Shown piece by piece: positions 15,462 to 23,541 of a DNA stretch of 64,000 nt. The DNA comes from a virus. The notes beneath the pieces are model-generated. The model was not told the origin of the DNA and ran no database searches. It worked only from the letters and a program-made list of their open reading frames with translations. Within the stretch, counting starts at the first letter, position 1. Each line of letters begins with the position of its first letter. The stretch lies in IMG/VR virus record IMGVR_UViG_3300028833_000004. The stretch is one strand, 5' to 3'. Both the position numbers and the translations under genes were made by a program.

Positions 15462-16076
15462 ATGGAAGAAAATTACTTACCTAACACTCACAAAACACGT
15501 TATGTAAAAGCAACTATTTATCTTGAAGTTCCTGAAGACTTAGATGATGAAGACAAGATAGAACGTGAGATTGAACGTCTACTTAATTATGGTTCTTTGT
15601 ATTTTACAGGGCCGGCAGACGTAATGGTTAGTGAATGCGGCGGTGATGAACCAGAAAAATTCGATAGTCCAGTCGGTTATATTGCTCCTGACGGTAAGTT
15701 TTATCTCATGGAATCATCTGAGAATGGCCTTGCACATTTCGAATTAGCTCCTCTTATGCTCAAGATATATGGAGATAAATTAGATAGGACACTTCTATAT
15801 GGAGATGGGATGAGTATAGATTATGGTTTAGAAAAAGCAGGATTTGTAAAGGTACATGATTATGATATACGTTATCTGGCTCATTTTCAAGTCGGATTTG
15901 GCGATAATGAACGATACACACCAGATATTACAGATGCACAATTAGAATCTATAATTCATTATTGTGAGTTATGGAAGCATGATGGATATATTAATGTAAA
16001 CGATAAACTAGTAGAAGTATCTAAAATTAAACAAGCTGATAAGTATGCATTAAGAAAAATATTTAGTTTGATTTAA
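15462..16076 (+). CDS. hypothetical protein
   Basis: I place the start at ATG 15462 (MEENYLPN). This avoids the long overlap of track ORF 15342..16076 with the upstream gene. Confidence 0.6.
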   Translation: MEENYLPNTHKTRYVKATIYLEVPEDLDDEDKIEREIERLLNYGSLYFTGPADVMVSECGGDEPEKFDSPVGYIAPDGKFYLMESSENGLAHFELAPLMLKIYGDKLDRTLLYGDGMSIDYGLEKAGFVKVHDYDIRYLAHFQVGFGDNERYTPDITDAQLESIIHYCELWKHDGYINVNDKLVEVSKIKQADKYALRKIFSLI

Positions 16077-16079
16077 TAT

Positions 16080-16463
16080 ATGAGGGCAAATGAATTAATG
16101 ATGGAAGATTGGGTTCGATATAAATCATCTAAAAATCCTGTAATTATTAAGGATTACAGACAATTAGATGGTATAGAAACAGATTATTATGAACCTATTC
16201 CTCTTACAAATGAAATATTAGAGAATAATGAATTTGAATATGTTGAAGATGATACTTATATATATAAATATACTGATCAACAAAAATTAATTCGTATATA
16301 TTTAGATGATTGGAAAAATAACACATGGGCTATTACTATTAGTGTAATGGACAGAATTACAAAACAAGAATTTAAATATATGGCAGGAAATATTTCCATA
16401 AATGTTCATGAATTACAACATATTCTTAAAATTTGTAAAATAGAAAAAGAAATTGTATTATGA
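16080..16463 (+). CDS. hypothetical protein, ELMxxDWV / VHELQHxLKxCxIxKEIVL family
   Basis: Paralog of 20627..21022 and 29348..29746. Confidence 0.65.
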   Translation: MRANELMMEDWVRYKSSKNPVIIKDYRQLDGIETDYYEPIPLTNEILENNEFEYVEDDTYIYKYTDQQKLIRIYLDDWKNNTWAITISVMDRITKQEFKYMAGNISINVHELQHILKICKIEKEIVL

Positions 16464-16864
16464 CAACAATAAATCATGAATATTACGTATCACTTGAAGT
16501 GGCAAAATTGTTAAGAGAATCTGGATTTAATTGGGAATGCCGTAAGGTATATAAGACTGTTATGACAGAGGATTTAACCCTATTCACGTGTACGAAGGAG
16601 GAAGGATACAGAAACACATCTGAATTTATTTGTTCTGCTCCAACTCTAGATGTAGCACAAAGATGGTTAAGAGAAGTGAAAAATGCCCATATTGAAATCT
16701 CTTATGATAAAGAGAGAATGTGGAATGTTACATGTATATTTGATATTGATAAAACCGTAACTATTGATAATTATTATTATGAAAAGTATTTTGATTCTTA
16801 TGAAGACGCTCAAGAGAAGGGTATAAAGAAAGCACTTGAAATGATTTTAGAGGAAGGAGAATAA
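16460..16864 (+). CDS. hypothetical protein, SAPTxxVxQRWLREVKNxHI family
   Basis: Paralog of 21019..21459. It has an ATGA overlap with the upstream gene. Confidence 0.65.
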   Translation: MTTINHEYYVSLEVAKLLRESGFNWECRKVYKTVMTEDLTLFTCTKEEGYRNTSEFICSAPTLDVAQRWLREVKNAHIEISYDKERMWNVTCIFDIDKTVTIDNYYYEKYFDSYEDAQEKGIKKALEMILEEGE

Positions 16865-16865
16865 T

Positions 16866-17000
16866 ATGGAAATTTTTATTATTTTTATTACTTCAGTAAT
16901 AGCAGGACTTTTGCTTTTTATTGCATTAACTATAAACTCTATCAGTCATGACTTATTTAGTATTAAACGATTTTTAAAAAAGAGAGAAGAAGAATTATGA
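16866..17000 (+). CDS. small membrane protein (44 aa)
   Basis: Translates as MEIFIIFITSVIAGLLLFIALTI.... GGAGA lies upstream. Its stop overlaps ATG 16997. Confidence 0.4.
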   Translation: MEIFIIFITSVIAGLLLFIALTINSISHDLFSIKRFLKKREEEL

Positions 17001-17185
17001 CTAAAGAAGAAATTAAACAATTGTTTGAGAATACACTTAATAAAGAAATGCTTAATGAAATATATAAGCATGATTATCAAGACAGTTCTCATCTAATTAA
17101 TCCGTATTTGATTGATACTCAAAAACTGATAAAATTAATTAATAACATAAGAAAAAGTAAAAATTATGACAAGTTTATATTATAA
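16997..17185 (+). CDS. hypothetical protein
   Basis: 62-aa ORF. Confidence 0.5.
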   Translation: MTKEEIKQLFENTLNKEMLNEIYKHDYQDSSHLINPYLIDTQKLIKLINNIRKSKNYDKFIL

Positions 17186-17375
17186 TAATAATAGGACTAA
17201 TGTTACAATTACTATTGTTTTTAATGTTGCTGATGATTATCATTATCCATACATTACAAAAATAGTTGTTGGGGGCACTACTCTTAAAGAGAATAAGTTT
17301 GAAACACAAGAAGAAGCATTGCGTGACTTTATGTGGTTAGTATCAAGTAATATTCTGAAGGAAGAAAATGTGTAA
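17166..17375 (+). CDS. hypothetical protein
   Basis: 69-aa ORF. Confidence 0.5.
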   Translation: MTSLYYNNNRTNVTITIVFNVADDYHYPYITKIVVGGTTLKENKFETQEEALRDFMWLVSSNILKEENV

Positions 17376-17464
17376 TTATGACCGCGAAAGTAAAAGAAAT
17401 AGATACTGCCATAGATGTTGGTTAATTAGGCATCATTGTCTGCAAAAAGAAGGAGAATAAGATT

Positions 17465-17683
17465 ATGAATAAACAAAAAATTATCGCTTGGATAGCAAGA
17501 AATGAAGATACTAGTTTGTACATCTATATAGGAGAATGTCCATATAAAACAGATTGTAATTGGGATGTCATTTATCGAGATGGAGTAAACATACAGGAAC
17601 TAAATAGCGATTTGTATCCTCAAGTTAAATGGGAAGACCACGAACCCACTAAAGTTGAATTAACAATTAATATTTGTGAGTAA
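17465..17683 (+). CDS. hypothetical protein
   Basis: 72-aa ORF with AAGGAGA upstream. Confidence 0.55.
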   Translation: MNKQKIIAWIARNEDTSLYIYIGECPYKTDCNWDVIYRDGVNIQELNSDLYPQVKWEDHEPTKVELTINICE

Positions 17684-17685
17684 AT

Positions 17686-17859
17686 ATGAATTTATTACAG
17701 GCTTTGACTCTTATTAAAGAGCCTAATTATACTACATTAGAACAATCAAAGCGCCTTACGGACTTAGGTTTGCCTAAAGAAAGTGCAGATATGTACTACA
17801 AACTACAATATAAAGATGTTTGTGCAGGGGAATCCTTGAAGATATTGACAAACTTGTAA
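17686..17859 (+). pseudogene. truncated member of the TTPEQSKRLLELGLPADSADMYY family
   Basis: 57 codons: MNLLQALTLIKEPNYTTLEQSKRLTDLGLPKESADMYYKLQ.... It lacks the PCWSVGRLIEI and FSKLEE parts that the three full copies carry. Confidence 0.5.
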
Positions 17860-18055
17860 GCAATTTGTTCAATAAAGATGTGCACCCACAACACACGGGA
17901 GATATTTTTCATTATGGCTGGCGTAAAATTGAAATTGCGCAACATAAAGAGAAAGGAAACGAGAAATGAAAAAGATAATGTATAATGAACAGTTTGGCTT
18001 GCAGCAAGCCACGTTTGAACGAAATAACATTATTAACAATTAAAACACAAACATT

Positions 18056-18358
18056 ATGACAGATTACACAGGAAAGAAAGTAATTGTCCGCTCGCACGGA
18101 GCGGGAGTGTTCTTCGGAACGTTGAAAGAATTTGATGCCGCCAACGGTATCGTAGAGTTAACAAACTGCCGCCGTGTGTGGTACTGGAGCGGTGCAACCT
18201 CGCTGTCCCAACTCGCTTGCGAGGGCGTTAAGAATGCCGGAGGCAGCAAGATAACGCAAGAGGTTGCGTCTATATGCGTTACACAAGTTTTGGAAATTAT
18301 TCCATGCACGGAAGAGGCTATTGAAAATCTAAATCGTGTGCCGGTATGGAAGATGTAA
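18056..18358 (+). CDS. hypothetical protein (G+C-rich cassette)
   Basis: 100-aa ORF (GKKVIVRSHGAGVFFGTL...RRVWYWSGATSLSQLACEGV). No function assignable. Confidence 0.65.
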   Translation: MTDYTGKKVIVRSHGAGVFFGTLKEFDAANGIVELTNCRRVWYWSGATSLSQLACEGVKNAGGSKITQEVASICVTQVLEIIPCTEEAIENLNRVPVWKM

Positions 18359-19065
18359 TTAAACGCTTTTTAGCAGTAGAATATGGCTATGGTTATGGTT
18401 ATGGCTTTGGCTATGGCTATGGCTATGGCGATGGCGATGGCTCTGGCGATGGCTCTGGCTCTGGCTATAGCGATGGCGATGGCGATGGCTCTGGCGATGG
18501 CTCTGGCTTTGGCTATAGCGATGGCTATGGCTATGGTTATGGCTCTGGCTTTGGCTATGGCTCTGGCGATGGCGATGGCTCTGGCGATGGCGATGGCTCT
18601 GGCATAAAATCTTTTTGTGGGCAAAAAGTCTATATCATAGATAGCGTGCAAACTCTTATCGATAGTATACATGGCAATTATGCAAGAGGTGCGATACTCA
18701 AATCTGATTTGACTACCGAGTCTTGCTACATAGCTAAGGTAGGCAATTTCTTTGCTCACGGCACTACGCTCAAGCAGGCGTTTGCAGACGCACAAGAAAA
18801 GTACGACAGGAACAGATCTATAAAAGAACGCATTGCAGATTTCGTGCAGCAATACCCGACACTTGACACAAAGTGCAAGGGCGCAGACCTCTTCCGGTGG
18901 CACAATGTCCTAACGGGCTCGTGCCAATTAGGCAGAGAGCAGTTTTGCAACGAGCGTGGCATTAACCCCGATACCGTTACGATGACTGTAAGAGAGTTTA
19001 TAGAACTGACAAAAAACGCCTACGGCAGTAAGGCAATCCTACTACTGCGTGAAGCGTATAACTAA
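18346..19065 (+). CDS. protein with N-terminal (GY/GD/GS)n low-complexity region and globular C-terminal domain
   Basis: 239-aa ORF. Residues from about 13 to 86 are Gly-X dipeptides. The C-terminal 150 aa are of normal composition. Confidence 0.7.
   Translation: MEDVIKRFLAVEYGYGYGYGFGYGYGYGDGDGSGDGSGSGYSDGDGDGSGDGSGFGYSDGYGYGYGSGFGYGSGDGDGSGDGDGSGIKSFCGQKVYIIDSVQTLIDSIHGNYARGAILKSDLTTESCYIAKVGNFFAHGTTLKQAFADAQEKYDRNRSIKERIADFVQQYPTLDTKCKGADLFRWHNVLTGSCQLGREQFCNERGINPDTVTMTVREFIELTKNAYGSKAILLLREAYN
18382..18603 (+). repeat. hexanucleotide (GGC-NNN type) tandem repeat tract inside a CDS
   Basis: Units such as tatggc, gatggc, tctggc and tttggc repeat for about 220 nt. All six frames are open here, which produces artefactual ORFs. 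Confidence 0.9.
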
Positions 19066-19226
19066 CATTAACGGCTGTGCTATCGGCTTGACGGGCATTG
19101 ATTATGAAGACAAAAATTGTGCCGTTCGACTTGGAGACGGCAAAGGCACATGGGAAAGTAACCCGCTTGTCTTTGCTTACGAATACAAGCGAATTGACTA
19201 AATTCAGGTACTAAAACGATAAGACA

Positions 19227-19511
19227 ATGATAACATTAGGAATTATTTTATTAGTAGTAGCATTTTTATGCGCGAGTACCTATTTTGTATCAATTTTTAT
19301 TGATTGTTATAATGAATCGGTTTTGAAAATTATTATGATATTGGGGGGCGTAACAGCTTTGTTAGGTGCAATTATAATAATAGTTTCTATAGCCTAAAAA
19401 CCGACCGATAAAGATGTATTGGATGGCAAAGCCGAGTATCGAGAAACACAAATAATAACAGGTACTGATACTGTTAAAACTTATCATATTATATGGAAAC
19501 AAGAGAATTAA
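19227..19511 (+). pseudogene. small membrane protein paralog interrupted by an in-frame TAA
   Basis: MITLGIILLVVAFL...IIIIVSIA, then TAA (19395-97), then KPTDKDVLDGKAEYRETQIITGTDTVKTYHIIWKQEN. It aligns end to end with 13967..14239. Confidence 0.55.
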
Positions 19512-19984
19512 AGATTGATGTGCCGGAAGGGTATGAGATAGACAAAGAAAAGTCTACTTTTGAACACATTGTGCTTAGAAAAATTTCTAATTCATTACCA
19601 AGGAGTTGGGATGAATATTGTAGGCAACAAAAAGATATGGGTCTTACTGGGTATTATCTTAATAATACTAAAATAAATGAATGTTCATGGAGAGATATGA
19701 GCATTCCTTCTAACTGGAGTAGTGTTTTACCTTCCAGAGAATTAGCAGAAGCAGTTTGTGCTTTGATGCAATTAATGTCCCTTAGACAAGCATGGATTGG
19801 TGACTGGGAACCTAATTGGGATGGATATACGTGCCATCATTGTATTGTTACTATTGAAAACAAATATTGTGTCCAACAATATTATGACTCTTATCGAGCT
19901 TTATCTTTTCCAACATCAGAAAAGGCAGAAGATTTTATGAATACCTTTAAAGATTTATTGGAAATTGCCAAGTCTTTAATATGA
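19493..19984 (+). CDS. hypothetical protein, METxELKI family
   Basis: Paralog of 14221..14733. Confidence 0.65.
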   Translation: METRELKIDVPEGYEIDKEKSTFEHIVLRKISNSLPRSWDEYCRQQKDMGLTGYYLNNTKINECSWRDMSIPSNWSSVLPSRELAEAVCALMQLMSLRQAWIGDWEPNWDGYTCHHCIVTIENKYCVQQYYDSYRALSFPTSEKAEDFMNTFKDLLEIAKSLI

Positions 19985-19999
19985 TGAAGTCTTAATTTA

Positions 20000-20027
20000 T
20001 CTTTAGGATATTGATTTATTCTAAAGA
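20000..20027 (+). terminator. hairpin terminator (homolog of 14899-14930)
   Basis: TCTTTAGGATA pairs with TATTCTAAAGA (one G-U pair). The loop TTGATT is identical to that of the other copy. Confidence 0.55.
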
Positions 20028-20053
20028 TACTAATTTTAAAATTTATTTTATTT

Positions 20054-20203
20054 ATGAATCCAAAATGGTGCAATTACCCGGACAATGAATTAGGAGATGC
20101 CACTACTCCAGGCTTAGGTTGTTGGGGATTATTAAATAAATTTGTAAAATCTGAAGAAGATTGTAAAGATTGTGAATTATATAAAAAATTAAAACAAGTA
20201 TGA
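20054..20203 (+). CDS. small Cys-containing protein (49 aa)
   Basis: Translates as MNPKWCNYPDNELGDATTPGLGCWGLLNKFVKSEEDCKDCELYKKLKQV. Its stop overlaps ATG 20200. Confidence 0.4.
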   Translation: MNPKWCNYPDNELGDATTPGLGCWGLLNKFVKSEEDCKDCELYKKLKQV

Positions 20204-20625
20204 AACAGTTACAAAGCGATTTTACAACCCCTGAGCAGTCAAAGAGACTGTTAGAATTAGGGCTTCCCGCTGATAGCGCGAATATGCATTATAAACAATA
20301 TTCTGAAGCGGTTGTTTATGTAGGTGAAGTCGGAGATGTTCCACAACCGAAAACATATTACATTCATGAGCCTGAATTAAGGCACATTAATCCAGAAGGA
20401 ACATGGACTTACAAAGATGGAGAAAAGATGAATTTAAGTGGAAAGTATGATGAATTAAGAAAAACAGACATTCCTTGTTGGTCAGTCGGTAGGCTGATTA
20501 AGATATACTTTATTTGCAGTTATCAGTCCGAAATTTTAATAGATTACACAATGGAAGATTTAGTTGATTATCTTGTATCACTCTTTGAGAGCGTAGCAAT
20601 GAACTTTTCAAAATTGGAGGAATAA
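20200..20625 (+). CDS. hypothetical protein, TTPEQSKRLLELGLPADSA family
   Basis: Carries DFTTPEQSKRLLELGLPADSANMHY, PCWSVGRLIKI and FSKLEE. Paralog of 27658..28008 and 28011..28370. Confidence 0.65.
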   Translation: MKQLQSDFTTPEQSKRLLELGLPADSANMHYKQYSEAVVYVGEVGDVPQPKTYYIHEPELRHINPEGTWTYKDGEKMNLSGKYDELRKTDIPCWSVGRLIKIYFICSYQSEILIDYTMEDLVDYLVSLFESVAMNFSKLEE

Positions 20626-20626
20626 T

Positions 20627-21022
20627 ATGGAAACAACAGATTTAATGATTGGAGATTGGGTTTTTTATAAAAATTTCAAAGGTAATTTAGTACCTCATAA
20701 AATTATATGTATTAGTGAAACCTTTGCGGAATTTGAAGACCCTCCTTATAATTTGTATAAATATGAAAGAATGTATCCAATTCCTCTCACACCCGAGATA
20801 TTGGAGAAGAATGGGTTTGTAATATCAAGTGAACATGCAAATCTTTATTTTTCAGAAGGTGATGAAAAAATGAGTTTTTGCTTAAGAAAAATGTATGATA
20901 AATTAAACAACTTTGTGTTTTATGGGTCAATATGTTATAATATAGTGAGTCCAATTAAATATGTTCACGAACTCCAACACGCACTTAAACTTTGTAAAAT
21001 TGATAAGGAGATTGTATTATGA
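20627..21022 (+). CDS. hypothetical protein, ELMxxDWV family
   Basis: Paralog of 16080..16463. GGAGG lies 6 nt upstream. Confidence 0.65.
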   Translation: METTDLMIGDWVFYKNFKGNLVPHKIICISETFAEFEDPPYNLYKYERMYPIPLTPEILEKNGFVISSEHANLYFSEGDEKMSFCLRKMYDKLNNFVFYGSICYNIVSPIKYVHELQHALKLCKIDKEIVL

Positions 21023-21459
21023 CTCACGAACAATTTATAGAACTTGAAACAGCCAAATTCGCTAAACAAGCAGGGTTTGATTGGGAAATAAATAGTTATC
21101 TATCGTATTATGGTAATTGCCCAGACAATCCACATTGGGCTGTATCTATTCAGCAAGAATATAAAGATTGGAATAATTACAAATTTAAACATATTCATGA
21201 GGCTTATTCCGCGCCCACTCAATCCGTCTTGCAAAGGTGGTTGAGAGAGATTAAGAATATACATATACAAATAATGTTTGATAGTAGTATAACTGTTAAT
21301 AAATACTATGTTATAATAAAAATAAAAGATGTAACAAAAACAAAAAATATTTATTATAATTTCTTAATGAGAGATAATCATATTTCTTATTTCGATACTT
21401 TCGAAGATGCTCTTGAAGCAGGCTTGAAACAATGTTTAACACTTTTAATTGAGAAATAA
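21019..21459 (+). CDS. hypothetical protein, SAPTxxVxQRWLREIKNIHI family
   Basis: Paralog of 16460..16864. Confidence 0.65.
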   Translation: MTHEQFIELETAKFAKQAGFDWEINSYLSYYGNCPDNPHWAVSIQQEYKDWNNYKFKHIHEAYSAPTQSVLQRWLREIKNIHIQIMFDSSITVNKYYVIIKIKDVTKTKNIYYNFLMRDNHISYFDTFEDALEAGLKQCLTLLIEK

Positions 21460-21677
21460 TGTTAGTTAGATTTGCAATAATATGGGCATTGCTAAACATA
21501 GGTTGCCTGATTCGTGAAATAATGGAATATAGGAAGTCCAGTCGTTGGGGATGGAAATGGTGGTTAAAATACCACATAAGCGAACTGACAAGATTTGTAA
21601 TCTCTATAAACAAGGTGCTTATACTCGCTGCTATTGTGTATTGGGTATTAACTGGCTTCAAATTAAAGATATTATGA
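21459..21677 (+). CDS. small membrane protein
   Basis: 72-aa ORF with hydrophobic N- and C-terminal segments. Confidence 0.5.
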   Translation: MLVRFAIIWALLNIGCLIREIMEYRKSSRWGWKWWLKYHISELTRFVISINKVLILAAIVYWVLTGFKLKIL

Positions 21678-22108
21678 CCGAAGAACAAATCAAACAAAAC
21701 GCAGATATATATGCCGATAAATTGTATAAAGACGGCAGATGTATAGAAAGTACTGCCCCAACAATACAGGAAATATACATCGCAGGTGCTTATAGTCGTG
21801 ATGAGGAGATTGAACATTACCGCAGAATCGCCACTGCATATAAGATAGATGCACAAGATACGGCAGCTGAATGCGAAAGGCTACACGACATTATTGACAA
21901 ACTCCACAATCCGTGGATTAGCGTGGAGGATAGGTTGCCGGAAAAGATAAACACGTTTATGTCAGAGCCTGTCTTATGCCGTTATACAAGAGGCAACAAA
22001 GAATACTATCACGTTTGTCAATACGACTACGAGTTTGACGAGTGGCAAATAAGCAAAGTCACCCACTGGATGCCTATCCCAGAACTGCCGAAAGGAGGTG
22101 AGAAATGA
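21674..22108 (+). CDS. DUF551-like phage protein
   Basis: I place the start at ATG 21674, which has an ATGA overlap. The C-terminus WISVEDRLPE...VTHWMPIPELP matches the DUF551 pattern as I recall it. Confidence 0.5.
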   Translation: MTEEQIKQNADIYADKLYKDGRCIESTAPTIQEIYIAGAYSRDEEIEHYRRIATAYKIDAQDTAAECERLHDIIDKLHNPWISVEDRLPEKINTFMSEPVLCRYTRGNKEYYHVCQYDYEFDEWQISKVTHWMPIPELPKGGEK

Positions 22109-22341
22109 AACGTAAAAAGTTTTATATAGTATGTAGAGAATATTTAGATGGAAAGTTTTATTTAGGAGTGGATGATGAATTTGATAATTATCATGCTGGG
22201 GCTTTTGATAGTCAGAATTGGATATTAAAATTATTTCCAACTAAAGAATCAGCAAAATACTATTTACCTCCTTATGTTAAATTAGATGATTGTGATATAT
22301 ATTTAGAAGAGGTTTATATAGAATATTCTAAAAATTTATAA
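22105..22341 (+). CDS. hypothetical protein
   Basis: 78-aa ORF with GGAGG 6 nt upstream. Confidence 0.6.
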   Translation: MKRKKFYIVCREYLDGKFYLGVDDEFDNYHAGAFDSQNWILKLFPTKESAKYYLPPYVKLDDCDIYLEEVYIEYSKNL

Positions 22342-22557
22342 GACGATCAAGATATAAAATAGGTGATGTTGTTTTACTTAAAAGTATTCATGGTTATAAG
22401 CATGTCCTTAAAATAGAGGATATGAAATATAATTTTAATGAAGGAGAATATGTTTATTATGACAGTGTTTCATTTGTTTATGAATCTAATATATTAGGTC
22501 TATTATCAGACTCTGAGGTAAAAGAATATGAACTATATTTAAAATTAAAAGAGAAAT

Positions 22558-22710
22558 ATGGATAAATATATCAGATTACCATGGCCTGAATATCAATCAT
22601 ATATGGAATATGAGGGTTATGAAGAAAATGCAGTATATGATGTATATAATAATACTGTATTTATGAGAGAAGATTGGTTTACTAAAATGAATGAAAAATA
22701 TGGGAACTAA
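22558..22710 (+). CDS. hypothetical small protein (50 aa)
   Basis: Translates as MDKYIRLPWPEYQSYMEYEGYEENAVYDVYNNTVFMREDWFTKMNEKYGN. Confidence 0.4.
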   Translation: MDKYIRLPWPEYQSYMEYEGYEENAVYDVYNNTVFMREDWFTKMNEKYGN

Positions 22711-23125
22711 TTTTTATTGTGCTTACAGAATAACTCCTGAGAAGCATAAAACTCTACAAGAGTTATTAGATAAGAACATGTATAAAGAGTTAATTGATAC
22801 TCTTATGAATTTTACTAAAGAAATTCATATTGGTAAAAGAAGTTGTGGTTGGCAATTTCTTTTTGAATCAGGTCCTTGGGAATGTAATTTACAATCTATT
22901 AAAGATTTCTTGAGTCAACCTGATATAGAAATTTATGATGAATATGGTATTTATTTCACCTCTGAAGAATTTTGGAAAGAGATTGAAGATTGTTTATATA
23001 GAGATGAAAATCATGGTAATGCTAAAGACTATGACAAGAAATATCCATCAGGTTACTGTGTAGCTCCTTATGAATTTACTTCTGAAGACGGTTTAAGATT
23101 TTCTAAAAATATAGATTTTTTCTAA
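22691..23125 (+). CDS. hypothetical protein
   Basis: 144-aa ORF. Confidence 0.6.
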   Translation: MKNMGTNFYCAYRITPEKHKTLQELLDKNMYKELIDTLMNFTKEIHIGKRSCGWQFLFESGPWECNLQSIKDFLSQPDIEIYDEYGIYFTSEEFWKEIEDCLYRDENHGNAKDYDKKYPSGYCVAPYEFTSEDGLRFSKNIDFF

Positions 23126-23200
23126 TGAATAAAGTATTTTTCTTTTTAGGTATAATTTGTATAGTACTAGGTGTAGTATTATATTTTAAATTTTTTAATA

Positions 23201-23422
23201 ATGATTTATTTTGTTAATATAGAAAATAGTGAGCTTATTGCTCAAAGTTTTGAAAATAATAGTCCAATTATTCCTTAAAAAGGTGATGAAATTTTTTTAA
23301 AAAATGATAATTAGCTAGTTGAAGAACGTAATTTTACATATGAAGATACTGAAGGAGCTGACGCTCATGTATCTTATAAAACTTTATATGTTTGTTTAAA
23401 AAAGATAAAAGAAAATGAATGA
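23201..23422 (+). pseudogene. decayed small ORF with in-frame TAA (23276-78) and TAG (23312-14)
   Basis: The frame from ATG 23201 reads MIYFVNIENSELIAQSFENNSPIIP*KGDEIFLKNDN*LVEERNFTYEDTEGADAHVSYKTLYVCLKKIKENE. Confidence 0.35.
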
Positions 23423-23541
23423 AGAATTATTAGCTCAGTCTTATTGTAATAAGATGGGATATTATCCAGAAGATGACTGGAGTAATCAATTAATTTCATT
23501 AATTAAACTCGCTTTTATAGCAGGTTATAAACTTAAAAGAG

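Noticed and set aside
18370-18903. ORFs 18370..18903 (-) and 18383..18607 (+) across the hexanucleotide repeat
   Set aside because: The repeat tract is open in all frames. These ORFs translate to AIA/AMA low-complexity strings. They overlap the better-supported 18346..19065 frame, which continues into a normal globular domain.
21311-21856. 181-aa - strand ORF
   Set aside because: It is antisense to three well-packed + strand genes. Its peptide is low-complexity, Ile/Leu/Phe/Ser-rich, as expected from AT-rich antisense sequence.
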